64,000 nucleotides of DNA from Eubacteriales bacterium (GCA_045649265.1 JAZRPO010000059.1:80-64079); one strand, 5' to 3'; counted from the first letter of the stretch, positions 1 to 11,778 are shown. A program made the numbers and translations. The notes: generated by a model not told the origin, from the letters alone.

Positions 1-546
1 GTCAAGTATCTTCACCACAATGTTGAAACGATAGAGAGAATGGAGATAATCCGCGATTTGCGCCTTGGAACCTTTGACGTTCTCGTGGGAATAAATCTTT
101 TGCGAGAGGGCCTTGATATTCCTGAGGTTTCTCTCGTCGCCATCCTTGACGCTGACCGTGAAGGCTTTTTGAGGAGCGAAACCTCGCTTATCCAGACTAT
201 GGGCCGTGCCGCGAGAAACGACCACGGCAAGGTAATAATGTATGCTGATTCCGTCACAGGCTCTATGCGCCGCGCGATTGACGAAACCGTGCGCAGGCGC
301 ACGCTTCAAGCAAAATACAACGAAGAACACGGCATAGTTCCGAAAACCATAACCAAAAATGTTGCAGAGCTTCTTGAAATATCAAAGGATGCAACGGAGG
401 TAAAACGCGAAAAGCTTTCGAAAAAAGAGCGTGATGAGATAATAAAGAAGCTTGAAAAGGATATGAAAGAGGCTTCCCGACTCCTTGAATTTGAATATGC
501 AGCGATGCTTCGCGACAGAATAATAGAGCTTCGGGGTCAAGCATAA
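1..546 (+). CDS. uvrB: Excinuclease ABC subunit B, C-terminal part (5' end upstream of window)
   Basis: Frame 1 is open from base 1 ([59 protein letters not shown], helicase C-terminal motifs). It ends with a UVR-type motif ([17 protein letters not shown]). uvrA follows 16 nt later. Confidence 0.92.
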   Translation, partial: VKYLHHNVETIERMEIIRDLRLGTFDVLVGINLLREGLDIPEVSLVAILDADREGFLRSETSLIQTMGRAARNDHGKVIMYADSVTGSMRRAIDETVRRRTLQAKYNEEHGIVPKTITKNVAELLEISKDATEVKREKLSKKERDEIIKKLEKDMKEASRLLEFEYAAMLRDRIIELRGQA

Positions 547-562
547 GGAGAGATTTACCGCA

Positions 563-3388
563 ATGAATAAAAATATTTTTATAAAAGGTGCAAGAGAGCA
601 CAACCTTAAAAATATAGACGTAAGCATTCCTCGTGACAGCCTTGTCGTTGTTACGGGGCTTTCGGGCTCGGGAAAATCAAGCCTTGCCTTTGACACAATC
701 TATGCCGAGGGTCAGCGCAGGTATGTTGAATCTCTCTCATCATATGCGAGAATGTTTTTAGGCAGAATGGACAAGCCCGATGTTGACTACATTGAGGGGC
801 TTTCTCCGGCTATTTCAATAGACCAGAAAACAACCTCAAAAAATCCCCGCTCGACTGTCGGAACAGTCACTGAGATTTATGACTACCTCCGTCTTTTATG
901 GGCAAACATCGGTATTCCCCACTGCCCCGTTTGCGGAAAAATGATAGAGCAACAGACGACAGACCAGATTTGCGACCGGGTTATGTCGCTTCCTGAGGGA
1001 ACGAAATTTCAGATTCTTTCTCCCGTTGTGCGCTCGCGCAAGGGTGAGCATGAAAAGGTTTTTGAAAATGCAAAGCGTGCAGGCTATGTCAGAGCACGTG
1101 TTGACGGTATTGTCTACGACCTCTCCGAGGATATAAAGCTGGAAAAGAACAAGAAGCATAATATTGAAATTGTAATCGACCGCCTTGTGATAAAGAACGG
1201 CCTGCAGACCCGGCTTACCGACTCCATAGAAACGGCAGCAAAGCTCTCAGGCGGGCTGTGTGTTATTGACGTCATTGGCGGCGACAAGCTTACCTTCTCT
1301 CAGAACTATGCCTGCGATGATTGCGGCATCAGCATTGAAGAGCTCACTCCGCGTATGTTTTCCTTTAATAATCCCCACGGTGCATGCCCTGACTGTTCGG
1401 GGCTCGGAACACTTCTGAGAGTTGACCCTGACCAGATTATCCCTGACAAGACAAAATCCGTGCTTGATGGCGCTATTCGCGCCTCAGGTTGGGGGAACCC
1501 TGTTCCCGGTTCGATTTCAAGAATGTATTATGACGGTCTTGCAAAGCACTATAATTTCGACCTCAATCTTCCCATATCTGAAATTCCGGAAAAGGCATAC
1601 AACGCGCTGCTTTACGGAACAGGCGGCGAGAAAATTCCGTTGCATTACGACAAATCCTACGGCAAGGGTGACTATACCCAAGCCTGGGAGGGGCTTGTTG
1701 CAAATCTTGAACGCAGATACCACGAAACTGCAAGCGAATACTCAAAAGCCGAAATTGAAGAATGTATGATTCATACTCCCTGTAAGGCCTGTGAAGGCAA
1801 AAGGCTTCGCCGTGAAGCACTTGCAGTTACTGTCGGAGGAATAAATATCTCAGAGCTGTGTGATATGCCGGTAAGCGATGCTCTCTCTTTTATAAAAGAT
1901 ATCGAAGCCTCCCTCTCCGAGCGCGAAAAGAAGATTGCAGCTCATATTCTTCGCGAGCTCCGCGAAAGGCTCGGCTTTTTACAGAGTGTCGGGCTTTCAT
2001 ATCTCACGCTCTCCCGAAGCGCAGGGACTCTCTCCGGTGGAGAAAGCCAGCGCATCCGCCTTGCAACTCAAATCGGCTCCTCACTTACAGGGGTTCTCTA
2101 CATTCTTGACGAGCCCTCAATAGGGTTGCATCAGCGCGACAATGAAAAGCTTCTTTCAACCTTAAAGCGGCTTCGCGACCTCGGCAACACCCTCATTGTC
2201 GTTGAGCATGATGAGGACACAATGCGAAACGCCGACCACATCGTAGACGTAGGTCCGGGCGCCGGAGTTCACGGTGGCGAAATTGTCGCAGCAGGCAGCG
2301 TTGAGGATATCATCGGTGAGGCGCGCTCGATTACCGGGCAGTATCTCTCCGGAAAGAAAAAAATCCCCGTTCCTCCGGAACGAAGAAAGGGAAGCGGGAA
2401 ATTTATCGAAGTTATCGGCGCAAAAGAAAACAACCTCAAAAATATAAATGTCAGAATTCCGCTCGGCAAATTCACTTGCATAACCGGAGTTTCCGGCTCG
2501 GGAAAATCCTCTCTCACAAACGAAATTCTTTATAAGCACCTTGCGGCAAAATTAAACGGTGCAAAAACTCATCCCGGCAGCTTCGAAAAGCTCACGGGGC
2601 TTGAATACCTTGACAAGATTATTGATATCGACCAGTCCCCCATTGGCAGAACTCCGCGCTCAAATCCGGCAACATATACAGGTGTATTCAATGACATCAG
2701 AAACCTCTTTGCCATGAGCCCTGATGCAAGAGCACGCGGCTATTCAAGCGGTCGTTTTTCATTTAATGTCCGTGGCGGCAGGTGCGAAGCGTGCGCAGGA
2801 GATGGCGTGAACAAAATCGAAATGCATTTTCTCCCCGATGTTTATGTCACGTGCGACGTTTGCCACGGCAAACGCTACAACAGGGAAACTCTCGAGGTCA
2901 GGTACAAGGGCAAGAATATTGCCGATGTTCTTGATATGACCTGCGAGGAAGCGTATGAATTCTTCAAACACATCCCGAAGATTGCCAAAAAAATTGAAAC
3001 TCTCAACGATGTGGGGCTCGGATATATAAGGCTGGGGCAGGCGTCTACCACCCTTTCAGGCGGAGAAGCTCAACGCGTTAAGCTCGCAACAGAGCTGTCA
3101 AAGAAAAGCACCGGCAAAACGATATACATTCTTGACGAGCCAACAACCGGACTTCACATTGCTGATGTCCATAAGCTTATTGATATTCTCGCCCGTCTTA
3201 CGGATGCCGGCAATACCGTCGTTGTAATTGAGCATAATCTCGATGTTATCAAATGCGCCGACCACATAATCGACCTCGGCCCCGAAGGCGGAAACCTCGG
3301 CGGCGAAATCGTATGTGAGGGCACTCCGGAACAGGTTGCATCATGCGAATTCTCCCATACCGGCAAGTATCTCAAAGACGTTTTGTAA
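563..3388 (+). CDS. uvrA: Excinuclease ABC subunit A
   Basis: 941 aa with two ABC modules (Walker [10 protein letters not shown] and GVSGSGKSS; LSGGE signatures twice) and CxxC zinc-finger pairs. Adjacent to uvrB. Confidence 0.97.
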   Translation: MNKNIFIKGAREHNLKNIDVSIPRDSLVVVTGLSGSGKSSLAFDTIYAEGQRRYVESLSSYARMFLGRMDKPDVDYIEGLSPAISIDQKTTSKNPRSTVGTVTEIYDYLRLLWANIGIPHCPVCGKMIEQQTTDQICDRVMSLPEGTKFQILSPVVRSRKGEHEKVFENAKRAGYVRARVDGIVYDLSEDIKLEKNKKHNIEIVIDRLVIKNGLQTRLTDSIETAAKLSGGLCVIDVIGGDKLTFSQNYACDDCGISIEELTPRMFSFNNPHGACPDCSGLGTLLRVDPDQIIPDKTKSVLDGAIRASGWGNPVPGSISRMYYDGLAKHYNFDLNLPISEIPEKAYNALLYGTGGEKIPLHYDKSYGKGDYTQAWEGLVANLERRYHETASEYSKAEIEECMIHTPCKACEGKRLRREALAVTVGGINISELCDMPVSDALSFIKDIEASLSEREKKIAAHILRELRERLGFLQSVGLSYLTLSRSAGTLSGGESQRIRLATQIGSSLTGVLYILDEPSIGLHQRDNEKLLSTLKRLRDLGNTLIVVEHDEDTMRNADHIVDVGPGAGVHGGEIVAAGSVEDIIGEARSITGQYLSGKKKIPVPPERRKGSGKFIEVIGAKENNLKNINVRIPLGKFTCITGVSGSGKSSLTNEILYKHLAAKLNGAKTHPGSFEKLTGLEYLDKIIDIDQSPIGRTPRSNPATYTGVFNDIRNLFAMSPDARARGYSSGRFSFNVRGGRCEACAGDGVNKIEMHFLPDVYVTCDVCHGKRYNRETLEVRYKGKNIADVLDMTCEEAYEFFKHIPKIAKKIETLNDVGLGYIRLGQASTTLSGGEAQRVKLATELSKKSTGKTIYILDEPTTGLHIADVHKLIDILARLTDAGNTVVVIEHNLDVIKCADHIIDLGPEGGNLGGEIVCEGTPEQVASCEFSHTGKYLKDVL

Positions 3389-3468
3389 GTTTTAATAAAA
3401 AAGCTTTATCAAAAAAAAGGAAAACCCGTCGTTTAGGTGTATATTAATTATATAGGAGGTGCGGTTCG

Positions 3469-4473
3469 ATGAATATAAGACAGACAGAAGAGCAGAGAGA
3501 GGCCCGCGAGCTTTCGCAGTTTGCCTGCCTTTCATCTGAAAGCCTCGGCAGAGCGCGGCCTGAACAGGAATGTGAGGTTCGCACCTGCTTTATGCGCGAC
3601 CGCGACAGAATTATTCATTCAAAGTCCTTCCGCCGCCTCAAACACAAAACTCAGGTTTTTATATCCCCCGAGGGCGACCACTACCGCACGCGGCTTACGC
3701 ATACTCTTGAGGTTTCGGGAATCGCTAGAACAATCACGCGTGCGCTTTCTTTAAACGAGAGCCTGAGCGAAGCAATCGCTATGGGGCACGACCTCGGCCA
3801 TACTCCCTTCGGCCACGCAGGGGAGCGAGAGCTTGCCGCTCTTACAGACGGCGCCTTTGCCCACAATCTGCAAAGCGTTCGTCTTGCAGAAAAGCTTGAG
3901 CATAACGGTTTAGGGCTTAACCTGACTCACGAGGTGCTCGATGGCATCGCCTGCCACAGCGGAGATGCAAAAGCCAGCACTCTCGAAGGCCGCGTCGTTG
4001 CGCTTGCAGACCGCATAGCATACATCAACCACGATATTGACGATGCCTGTCGTGCAAACATTATGTCTGAGAGCGATATCCCGAAGGAGTTTACGGAAAT
4101 TCTCGGATACCGTCACAGCCAGAGAATAAACACGCTTGTTATGGATACAATCAGGGAAAGCCTCGGTTATAACGAAATCAAAATGTCGACGTCAGTTTAT
4201 GGCGCAATGATGGGCCTTAGAAAATTTATGTTTGAAAAAGTTTACAGAGCAGATTTTGCACTCAAACAAGAGAAAAAAATCCGCGATGTTATAAGCAGGC
4301 TTTTTGAATATTTTATTAAAGACATTTCGCGTCTTCCAGAGGAATACCAAAAAATTGCAGAGGAAGACGGAGACGCAATTGCGGTTTGTGATTTCATAGC
4401 ATGTATGTCAGACCGCTACGCCCTCAATACATACAGCGAAATTTTCCTGCCGATTTCCTGGGGGCATATTTGA
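3469..4473 (+). CDS. dGTPase-like HD-domain triphosphohydrolase
   Basis: 334 aa with HD motif region (RLTHTLEVSGIAR, HDLGHTPFGHAGE, DRIAYINHDIDD). SD GGAGGTG lies 8 nt upstream. Sits in the typical position before dnaG in Firmicutes. Confidence 0.85.
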   Translation: MNIRQTEEQREARELSQFACLSSESLGRARPEQECEVRTCFMRDRDRIIHSKSFRRLKHKTQVFISPEGDHYRTRLTHTLEVSGIARTITRALSLNESLSEAIAMGHDLGHTPFGHAGERELAALTDGAFAHNLQSVRLAEKLEHNGLGLNLTHEVLDGIACHSGDAKASTLEGRVVALADRIAYINHDIDDACRANIMSESDIPKEFTEILGYRHSQRINTLVMDTIRESLGYNEIKMSTSVYGAMMGLRKFMFEKVYRADFALKQEKKIRDVISRLFEYFIKDISRLPEEYQKIAEEDGDAIAVCDFIACMSDRYALNTYSEIFLPISWGHI

Positions 4474-4499
4474 TCCCGGATTACCCATAACGAAAGGAA

Positions 4500-6254
4500 G
4501 TGAAGGCTTTGGCATTCCCGCGAGAATTTATGGACGAGCTTCTTTCAAGAAGCGACATTGTTTCAATCGTTTCAAGATATGTAAACCTTTCCCGCCGCGG
4601 ATCGAACAATATCGGGCTATGCCCGTTTCATAACGAAAAAACGCCGTCATTCTCCGTTTCATCGGACAAGCAGTTTTTTCATTGCTTCGGCTGCGGTGTC
4701 GGCGGAGATGTAATCTCCTTTGTCATGAAAATTGAGAACATCGATTTTCCGGAGGCAGTTGCAAAGCTCGCGGATTGGGCCGGGCTTCAAGTTCCCGAAT
4801 CCACCTACGGCAGGAATGAGAGAAGCAAGCGGCGCCGGGCATATGATGCGTGCCGTGATGCGGCAAAGTTTTTCTATGAAAAGCTCAAATCTCCCGATGG
4901 AGAAAAGGCGAGGGGCTACCTCCTCGGACGAGGGCTCTCCCCATCTACAATAACCCGCTTCGGGCTTGGCTTTTCTCCCGAAGGATGGGACGGGCTTCTC
5001 TCCGAACTCACAACACTCGGGTACACAAAGTCTGAGCTTTTGGAGACCGGCCTTGTAACGACCGGCAAATCAGGGAAGATATATGACCGATTCCGAGACC
5101 GTGCAATGTTCCCGATAATCGATGTTAACGGTACCGTTATCGGCTTTGGCGGAAGAATAATGGGTGACGGCGAGCCTAAATACTTGAACTCTCCCGAATC
5201 CGCAGTGTTTAATAAACGGAAAAACCTTTATGCAATGAATCTTGCCCGCCGCAGCAAAGCAGAATATTTCATTCTTGCGGAAGGGTATATGGATGTCATT
5301 GCGCTGCATCAGGCGGGCTTTGACAGCGCTGTTGCCTCTCTCGGCACTTCGCTTACTGAAGAACAGGCGCATCTCATCTCAAAATACAAATCAAAGGTAG
5401 TAATTTCATATGATTCCGACAATGCCGGGCGCGCGGCGACTGAACGCGCGATTGACATTCTGAGCCGTGCAGGGCTTGATGTGAGAATTCTTTCCATGTC
5501 GGGTGCAAAGGACCCGGACGAATTTATCAAGAAATTCGGGAAAGATAAGTTTTCTCTCCTTATTGATGCAGCTCTGCCTGCGTCGGAATACAGGCTTGAA
5601 TCCACAAAGAAAACCTACGACCTTACAGATGATAAGCAAAGGGTTTTGTATATAAAAGAAGCGATTTTGCAGCTTGCAAAAATGGCGAGCGATTTTGAAC
5701 GCGAAATATATGCAGGTCGAATTTCAAAAGAAACAGGGGTTTCGCGCGATGCAATTTTAAAAGAAGCTGCTCGCGCACGAAATAAACTCATTCAGGAAAG
5801 AAAGCGCAAGGATGAGCAAAAAATGCTCGACCCCATAAGCGCGATTATGCCAAAGGACAAGTCGGCACGATACAAAAACCCAAGCTCTGCGGTTGCGGAG
5901 GAGGCGCTTCTCTCTCTTTGCGCTTCTGATGCAAAGCTCTGTGTTGCTGCCGCTGAGAAGCTTTCGGGAAAAATGTTTTCCTCCGAGCTTTTAGGCCGTG
6001 CTTTTGACACAGCTTGTATGCATTGCAGAGATACCGGAAATGAAGCCGATTTGCATACCATATGCGAGGGCATGAGTGAAGACGAGGTTTCCCATATAGC
6101 TGCAGTTTTCGCAAGACGCACAGGTTCCGGAGCAGATGCTCTTACGGACTATATAAATACAATACTTAAGGAATATATGAAGAGCCGTGGCGAGGAGGAT
6201 GACTCCGCCCTCCTTGCTGCCGCAGAATTTTACAGAAAAAAGAAGGGGATATAA
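4500..6254 (+). CDS. dnaG: DNA primase
   Basis: Zinc ribbon [26 protein letters not shown] and a Toprim region ([28 protein letters not shown]). The start is uncertain: GTG 4500 or TTG 4509. Confidence 0.93.
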   Translation: MKALAFPREFMDELLSRSDIVSIVSRYVNLSRRGSNNIGLCPFHNEKTPSFSVSSDKQFFHCFGCGVGGDVISFVMKIENIDFPEAVAKLADWAGLQVPESTYGRNERSKRRRAYDACRDAAKFFYEKLKSPDGEKARGYLLGRGLSPSTITRFGLGFSPEGWDGLLSELTTLGYTKSELLETGLVTTGKSGKIYDRFRDRAMFPIIDVNGTVIGFGGRIMGDGEPKYLNSPESAVFNKRKNLYAMNLARRSKAEYFILAEGYMDVIALHQAGFDSAVASLGTSLTEEQAHLISKYKSKVVISYDSDNAGRAATERAIDILSRAGLDVRILSMSGAKDPDEFIKKFGKDKFSLLIDAALPASEYRLESTKKTYDLTDDKQRVLYIKEAILQLAKMASDFEREIYAGRISKETGVSRDAILKEAARARNKLIQERKRKDEQKMLDPISAIMPKDKSARYKNPSSAVAEEALLSLCASDAKLCVAAAEKLSGKMFSSELLGRAFDTACMHCRDTGNEADLHTICEGMSEDEVSHIAAVFARRTGSGADALTDYINTILKEYMKSRGEEDDSALLAAAEFYRKKKGI

Positions 6255-6256
6255 AA

Positions 6257-7411
6257 ATGGAAAACGAAAATAGGGAAAAAAGCATAACAACAGAAGAAAA
6301 AAAGCAAATCATCCGCGACCTCATCGAAACAGGCAAGAAAAAGGGTAAGCTCTCTCAGGGCGAGCTTTCTGCTGTTGCAGAGGAGCTTGAAATGAACTCT
6401 GACGAAATCGAAAAGCTCTATGATGCGCTTGAAAATCACGGAATCGAGCTGCCGCTTGAAGAATTCATTGCAGAGCTTCCTCCCGAAGGCGAGTTTCTTG
6501 ATGATGCGCCGGAGGATCTCAGCGATGTTGAAGAAATTCCTGAAGAGGAGCTTGCAGACAGCGCAGCTCTTCTTGAAGGGCTTTCGATTGATGACCATGT
6601 CCGCATTTATTTAAAAGAAATCGGTAAGGTTGACCTTCTCTCTCCCGAAGAGGAGGTAATGCTCGCTGACAGAATGGCACAGGGCGATGAAATGGCAAAG
6701 GTGCGTCTTGCCGAGGCAAATCTGCGCCTTGTTGTTTCAATAGCTAAGCGTTATGTCGGGCGCGGCATGTTGTTTTTAGACCTTATTCAGGAGGGTAATC
6801 TCGGCCTTATAAAGGCAGTTGAAAAGTTTGACCACACAAAAGGATATAAATTTTCAACATATGCAACCTGGTGGATTCGCCAGGCTATTACGCGCGCAAT
6901 CGCAGACCAGGCAAGAACCATCCGTATCCCCGTTCATATGGTAGAAACAATAAACAAGGTTATCCGTGTTTCCCGCCAACTTCTTCAGGAGCTCGGGCAT
7001 GACCCGTCCCCTGAGGAAATTGCAGAGGAAATGCAGATTCCCGTGACGCGAGTCCGTGAAATCCTCAAAATCGCTCAGGAGCCGGTTTCTCTTGAAACTC
7101 CTATCGGCGAGGAGGAGGATTCTCACCTTGGCGACTTTATTCCCGCAGAGGATGCTCAGGAGCCGGCAGAAGCAGCTTCCTTTGCGCTTTTGCGAGAGCA
7201 GCTTGTTGAGGTTTTAAAAACGCTTACTCCGCGCGAGGAAAAGGTTTTGAGGCTCCGATTTGGCATAGAGGACGGCAGAACCCGCACACTTGAAGAGGTT
7301 GGCAAGGAATTCAACGTTACCCGTGAGCGCATTCGCCAGATTGAAGCAAAGGCACTGCGAAAGCTCCGCCATCCGAGCCGCTCAAAAATGCTTAAAGATT
7401 TTCTCAATTAA
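6257..7411 (+). CDS. rpoD: Primary RNA polymerase sigma factor (sigma-70/SigA)
   Basis: Region 2 ([41 protein letters not shown]), region 3 and region 4 ([28 protein letters not shown]). Immediately follows dnaG. Confidence 0.96.
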   Translation: MENENREKSITTEEKKQIIRDLIETGKKKGKLSQGELSAVAEELEMNSDEIEKLYDALENHGIELPLEEFIAELPPEGEFLDDAPEDLSDVEEIPEEELADSAALLEGLSIDDHVRIYLKEIGKVDLLSPEEEVMLADRMAQGDEMAKVRLAEANLRLVVSIAKRYVGRGMLFLDLIQEGNLGLIKAVEKFDHTKGYKFSTYATWWIRQAITRAIADQARTIRIPVHMVETINKVIRVSRQLLQELGHDPSPEEIAEEMQIPVTRVREILKIAQEPVSLETPIGEEEDSHLGDFIPAEDAQEPAEAASFALLREQLVEVLKTLTPREEKVLRLRFGIEDGRTRTLEEVGKEFNVTRERIRQIEAKALRKLRHPSRSKMLKDFLN

Positions 7412-7428
7412 AGAGGTGCTGATTTCCC

Positions 7429-8235
7429 TTGAAGATCATAGATTCACACGCACATATTTTCCCGCAGAAAATTTCGCTCAAAGCAAGCTCTGCCATTGGA
7501 GATTTTTATGATATCAATATGCACCACGACGGTATGGCGCACACTTTAAGCGAGCTTTCTCTTTCCGCCGGAATTTCAAAAACGCTCGTCTGTTCAACAG
7601 CGACTACCCCGCAACAGGTAAAACCGATTAACGATTTTATATATAAAAAATGCAAGCAATACCAAAACTTTCTCGGCATCGCAACACTTCATCAGGATAT
7701 TGAGGACCCCGAGGCTGAAATTTCAAGAATTCAGGAGCTCGGCCTTTCAGGAATAAAGCTTCACCCCGATTTTCAGAAATTTCAGATTGATGACGAAAAA
7801 ATGTTTCCTACATATGCGTTGCTTGAAAAAAAGAGGCTCCCCATTCTTTTTCATACAGGGGATAAGAGGTACGATTTTTCAGGACCAAAAAGGCTCATAA
7901 AGGTTATGGAAAGGTTTCCTGACCTTATCTGCATAGCTGCGCATTTCGGCGGCTATTCACAGTGGGATGATGTTGAGAAATATCCAAAAAGCCCGAATCT
8001 TTTCTTCGATACATCGAGCTCACTCGATGTATTAGAGCCTTCACGCGCTGTCTCACTCATTCAAAAATTTGGAGTCAGCCAATTTATGTTCGGCACGGAT
8101 TTTCCGATGTGGACTCCGGAGGAGGAAATTTCAAAATTCCTCGCTCTCGGTCTCTCAGAGGATGATAACAGAAAAATTTTCAGTGAAAATTTCGAAAGGC
8201 TTTTTGGCCTTTGCGATAAAACGGAGAGTGCATAA
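7429..8235 (+). CDS. Amidohydrolase-family (amidohydrolase_2 / TIM-barrel metal hydrolase) protein
   Basis: 268 aa with TTG start. N-terminal IDSHAHIF metal-binding motif, then HPDFQ, LFHTG and AAHFGG motifs. Confidence 0.7.
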   Translation: MKIIDSHAHIFPQKISLKASSAIGDFYDINMHHDGMAHTLSELSLSAGISKTLVCSTATTPQQVKPINDFIYKKCKQYQNFLGIATLHQDIEDPEAEISRIQELGLSGIKLHPDFQKFQIDDEKMFPTYALLEKKRLPILFHTGDKRYDFSGPKRLIKVMERFPDLICIAAHFGGYSQWDDVEKYPKSPNLFFDTSSSLDVLEPSRAVSLIQKFGVSQFMFGTDFPMWTPEEEISKFLALGLSEDDNRKIFSENFERLFGLCDKTESA

Positions 8236-8236
8236 A

Positions 8237-9436
8237 ATGAAGCTTGATTTTCCGATTATTCTTGACGGCGCAACCGGTTCTGAGCTCATAAAGCGGGGCC
8301 TGCCGTCAGGGGTTTGCCAGGAAAAATGGATAATTGATAACCCGGAGCTGATAATTGCTCTTCAACGCGAATATGAAGAAGCGGGAAGCCGGCTTGTCCT
8401 TGCGCCCACCTTTGGCGCAATTGCACACAAACTCGCCCACTACGGCCTCGAAGCTGAGGCGCCTCGGATAAACGCTTCTCTTATTGAGATTTCAAAGCGC
8501 GCAGTATCTGATAATGTTCTTGTTGCTGCAGATATTTCTCCCACAGGGCTTTTCCCCGCGCCCTATGGCGACGAATCCATGGAGAGCCTTGTTGAGAAAT
8601 ACTCCGCTCAGCTTTCTGCACACGACAGGGCTGATGTTGTTGTTTCCGAAACAAATATGTCTGTTGCAGATGCCCGCGCTGCAGTTATTGCCGCAAAGCG
8701 CCTTTATGATAAGCCGATTTTTGTCACCTTTACGGTGGATGAGACCGGGCGAACCATGATGGGCGCATCATCTGCAGCGCTTCTCATAATTTTCCGCGCG
8801 CTCGGTGTTTCGGCATTCGGATTCAACTGCGGCTCTGGCCCTTCCGAAATGCTTTCTGTTATTGAGTCTCTTTCAGATATCCGCGGCGACCTTCCGCTTA
8901 TTGCAAAACCAAATGCCGGGCTTCCGAAAATGGTTTCCGGAAAAGAAACCTACACTATGTCCCCCGAAGACCTTGCCTCTTATGCAGAGGCTTTTGCAAA
9001 GGCGGGTGTTCTCGCTTTTGGCGGCTGCTGCGGAACTACACCTGAGCATATCCGCACACTTTCATCTGCCGTTTCGAGGCTTTCTTTTGATTATGAAATA
9101 CCGACTGCGGCAGAATATCTCGCTACCGAGCGGGAAATTGTCCCCGTTTCCGAGATTTCTCTGAGTGACGAAATATCCTGTTCGGAATTTCTTATGGATG
9201 ACCTTATGGATTGCTTTGACAAGTGCCCGCTTGTCAGAATTTCGTCAGACGACGACATTGCGCTGTTTGAAGAAAACCAGCACGCTGCACAGCTTCCCGT
9301 CTGCATAGCTTGTGACGATGCGCGCCTGCTTGAACGTGCGCTTACCTCCTACAACGGCCGTGCAGGAGTTGTCACAAAATCAAAGGATACCTTGCGCGTT
9401 GCAGACTTCTTCGGCGCATATGTTTTTGAGAGGTGA
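8237..9436 (+). CDS. Homocysteine S-methyltransferase-domain protein with a roughly 100 aa C-terminal extension
   Basis: I start it at ATG 8237 (MKLDFPIILDGATGSELIKRG), 1 nt after the upstream stop. Zinc-ligand motifs GFNCG and GGCCGTTPEHI are present. No cobalamin-binding domain is present. Confidence 0.75.
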   Translation: MKLDFPIILDGATGSELIKRGLPSGVCQEKWIIDNPELIIALQREYEEAGSRLVLAPTFGAIAHKLAHYGLEAEAPRINASLIEISKRAVSDNVLVAADISPTGLFPAPYGDESMESLVEKYSAQLSAHDRADVVVSETNMSVADARAAVIAAKRLYDKPIFVTFTVDETGRTMMGASSAALLIIFRALGVSAFGFNCGSGPSEMLSVIESLSDIRGDLPLIAKPNAGLPKMVSGKETYTMSPEDLASYAEAFAKAGVLAFGGCCGTTPEHIRTLSSAVSRLSFDYEIPTAAEYLATEREIVPVSEISLSDEISCSEFLMDDLMDCFDKCPLVRISSDDDIALFEENQHAAQLPVCIACDDARLLERALTSYNGRAGVVTKSKDTLRVADFFGAYVFER

Positions 9437-9442
9437 GAAAAT

Positions 9443-10204
9443 ATGTTTTTTGATACGCATGCCCATCTTCACGACGAGGCATTCGCCGAGGACCTTGATG
9501 CTCTTTTTGATTCATTTAAGGATTCAAAAGTGGCATATGTTTTAAATGCTGCGTGCAGCATCGCATCCTCCATCAAAACCACAGAGCTTTGCGAGAAATA
9601 CGCTATCCTCTTTGGCTCTTGCGGAGTCCACCCCGATGCAGCAGAGAGCTTTGATGCAGCTTCTGTTGACACGCTCGCAAGCCTTTCAAAGCACCCAAAA
9701 ATTTGTGCAATCGGCGAAACCGGGCTTGACTACTATTACGACGATGTTCCGCGAGACAAACAGAAGGTGGCCTTTGAAGCTCAGGCGTCACTTGCATATG
9801 AGCTCAAAATGCCGATTATAGTTCACGACAGAGACGCTCATGCAGATTGTCTTGCTGTTCTCAAAAAATTTCCCGGAATACAAGCTGTTTATCATTGCTT
9901 TTCCGGAAGCGTTGAATATGCAAGGGAGCTTGTGAAGCTCGGTTTTTTCTTTTCCTTTGGCGGAGCCGTCACTTTCAAAAACGCAAGGCGCGCGCCCGAG
10001 GTCTTGAAAAACATTCCGCATGAACACGTAATGCTCGAAACGGATTGCCCGTACATGGCGCCCGTACCGTTTCGCGGAAAGCGAAACCACCCCGGGCTTA
10101 TCCCTCACACAGCGGCAAAAATCGCGGAGCTGTGGGGCACTTCTGCCGAAGAAGTCGGAAGAATTACAACAGAAAACGCACTTCGCTTTTTCAGGATAAA
10201 ATAA
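9443..10204 (+). CDS. TatD-family metal-dependent hydrolase/DNase
   Basis: 253 aa with FDTHAHL, GETGLDYYY, IVHDRDAH and METDCPYMAP motifs. SD GAGGTGA upstream. Confidence 0.9.
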   Translation: MFFDTHAHLHDEAFAEDLDALFDSFKDSKVAYVLNAACSIASSIKTTELCEKYAILFGSCGVHPDAAESFDAASVDTLASLSKHPKICAIGETGLDYYYDDVPRDKQKVAFEAQASLAYELKMPIIVHDRDAHADCLAVLKKFPGIQAVYHCFSGSVEYARELVKLGFFFSFGGAVTFKNARRAPEVLKNIPHEHVMLETDCPYMAPVPFRGKRNHPGLIPHTAAKIAELWGTSAEEVGRITTENALRFFRIK

Positions 10205-10214
10205 AGGAGAAATT

Positions 10215-10766
10215 ATGTTAAACCACTGGAAAAACTTTAAGTTTCGTATAGGAATGAGAAATATAAAAACGGCAATCTCGGCAACTCTTTGCGCGTTTGC
10301 CTATCTGCTTATTAACCGCGATCCGACCTTTGCCTGCATAGGCGCGGTTTTCGGAACGGGAAGCGACATGGAGAACTCGTGGCTCAACGGCGGAAATCGC
10401 CTCTTTGGAACAATTATCGGCGGGTTTATCGGAATTCTTTTTTACCATATTTATATGAGAATATACCCTGACGGTGACCCTCAGAGACTTCTGATGCTCC
10501 TTTTCCTCTTTGTCGGAGTTGTTATCCTCATCATTGCGTGTCAGTTCTTCAAATGGCCTGGCGGAATCCAGCCGGGTGGAGTTATCCTGTGCATCATTCT
10601 CTTTACAAAATCAGGAGAAAACTACATCCCCTATTCCTTAAACCGTATGCTCGACACAGCAGTCGGCGTTGTTGTTGCGCTTCTCATAAACCTTCTCTTC
10701 CCGAGAGAAAGGCTTGTTAAAATTTTAAATGCCCTTAAACTAGGAAAAAAAGGCGAAAAGAACTAA
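10215..10766 (+). CDS. Small integral membrane protein (FUSC/aromatic-acid-exporter-like N-terminal domain)
   Basis: 183 aa with 4-5 hydrophobic segments. The N-terminus MRNIKTAISATLCAFAYLL resembles the FUSC/ArAE family. SD AAGGAG lies 5 nt upstream. Confidence 0.5.
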   Translation: MLNHWKNFKFRIGMRNIKTAISATLCAFAYLLINRDPTFACIGAVFGTGSDMENSWLNGGNRLFGTIIGGFIGILFYHIYMRIYPDGDPQRLLMLLFLFVGVVILIIACQFFKWPGGIQPGGVILCIILFTKSGENYIPYSLNRMLDTAVGVVVALLINLLFPRERLVKILNALKLGKKGEKN

Positions 10767-10784
10767 GTTCTTTTCGCCTTTTTG
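10752..10784. terminator. Bidirectional rho-independent terminator
   Basis: GGCGAAAAGAAC-TAA-GTTCTTTTCGCC forms a perfect 12-bp stem that contains the stop codon of the 10215 gene. It is followed by TTTTTG on plus and by TTTTTTT on minus, so it can also end the minus-strand trpB2-pdxK operon. Confidence 0.7.
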
Positions 10785-10920
10785 TTGTATTAAATTTTAA
10801 GCCTGTCGCGGACTTTCGTCGTATCAAATGCGGATGCAACTGCTATAAATGCGGCAAGGAGCGCTGCCATTATCATTCTTTTTGTTTTGTGGCTACTCCC
10901 ATTGAAAACCTCTTCTGCAT

Positions 10921-11754
10921 TTATATTTTTTTCAGAATCGGCTCAAAGGCTATGCCATCTGTTTGAGAAACCCCAAGCTCAGCCGACAGCTTTGCTGCGC
11001 GGCATATAAACTCTGTAGCAATTCTGACTGCTTTTTTTATTGACTTTCCTTTGAGGACTTCCCCAAAAACGATTGATGCAAAAAGGTCGCCTGTGCCGCA
11101 AAACTGCCCTGCAACGCATGGAGACGAATGTGAAAACACTTCTCCGCTTGCGCTGTCGCAGATTATATTTGAGACACGATTTTCATGGTAAATCCCGGTT
11201 ATAACGGCACAGCCTGCGCCAAGCTGCGTAAGGTGAAGCGCAAGAGAAAAAAGCTTTTCTTCATCTGCACATTTCATCTCGGAATAATCGCAATCGGCAA
11301 GAAAGCATGCTTCGGTCAGGTTCGGAGTTATAATATCTGCCTCACGGATAAGGTCACGCATTCTCCTGACGAGCCCCTCCGTATATGTGGGGTAAAGCGC
11401 GCCATCATCACCCATGACGGGGTCAACGAAAAGCATGGTTTTCTCTTTTCTGTTCTTTTTTATAAACTCGGAAATGATATCAACTTGCTCCTCACTTCCG
11501 ATAAAGCCTGTGTATATCCCGTCAAACAAAAGAGCATGCCTTTCCCATGCCGAAAAGTATTTCTCCATACCGGCTGTCAGGTCTGAAAAATAGTAATCCT
11601 CAAACCCCGTGTGATTTGAAAGGACTGCCGTCGGTGCTGGAAGCACTCTGATACCGATTGCGCTCATAACAGGAATCGTGACATTGAGCGCACATCTTCC
11701 GAAACCCGACAAGTCATTTACAACTGCGCAATTTTTGAGTTTCTTTGTATTCAT
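10921..11754 (-). CDS. pdxK: Pyridoxal/pyridoxine/pyridoxamine kinase
   Basis: Ribokinase-like PdxK family (AVVNDLSGFGRCALNV, DPVMGDDG, CGTGDLFAS). I start it at ATG 11754, with SD GAAAGGTGG 8 nt upstream, rather than at the longer ORF start 11778. Confidence 0.85.
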   Translation of the reverse strand: MNTKKLKNCAVVNDLSGFGRCALNVTIPVMSAIGIRVLPAPTAVLSNHTGFEDYYFSDLTAGMEKYFSAWERHALLFDGIYTGFIGSEEQVDIISEFIKKNRKEKTMLFVDPVMGDDGALYPTYTEGLVRRMRDLIREADIITPNLTEACFLADCDYSEMKCADEEKLFSLALHLTQLGAGCAVITGIYHENRVSNIICDSASGEVFSHSSPCVAGQFCGTGDLFASIVFGEVLKGKSIKKAVRIATEFICRAAKLSAELGVSQTDGIAFEPILKKI

Positions 11755-11778
11755 TTGTCGGGCCACCTTTCTCCGCAA

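Noticed and set aside
8069-8236. The long ORF-track start (8069) for the homocysteine methyltransferase-domain gene
   Set aside because: The first 56 codons overlap the 3' end of the amidohydrolase gene in another frame. They translate to low-complexity, non-homologous sequence. The conserved domain starts at MKLDFPIILDGATG (ATG 8237).
10790-10876. A 28-codon minus-strand ORF (MIMAALLAAFIAVASAFDTTKVRDRLKI) between pdxK and the bidirectional terminator
   Set aside because: It is hydrophobic and plausibly a mini-membrane peptide. However, the upstream sequence (AAAAAGA) is a poor ribosome-binding site, and the length is within chance expectation. It is not reportable without conservation or Ribo-seq data.
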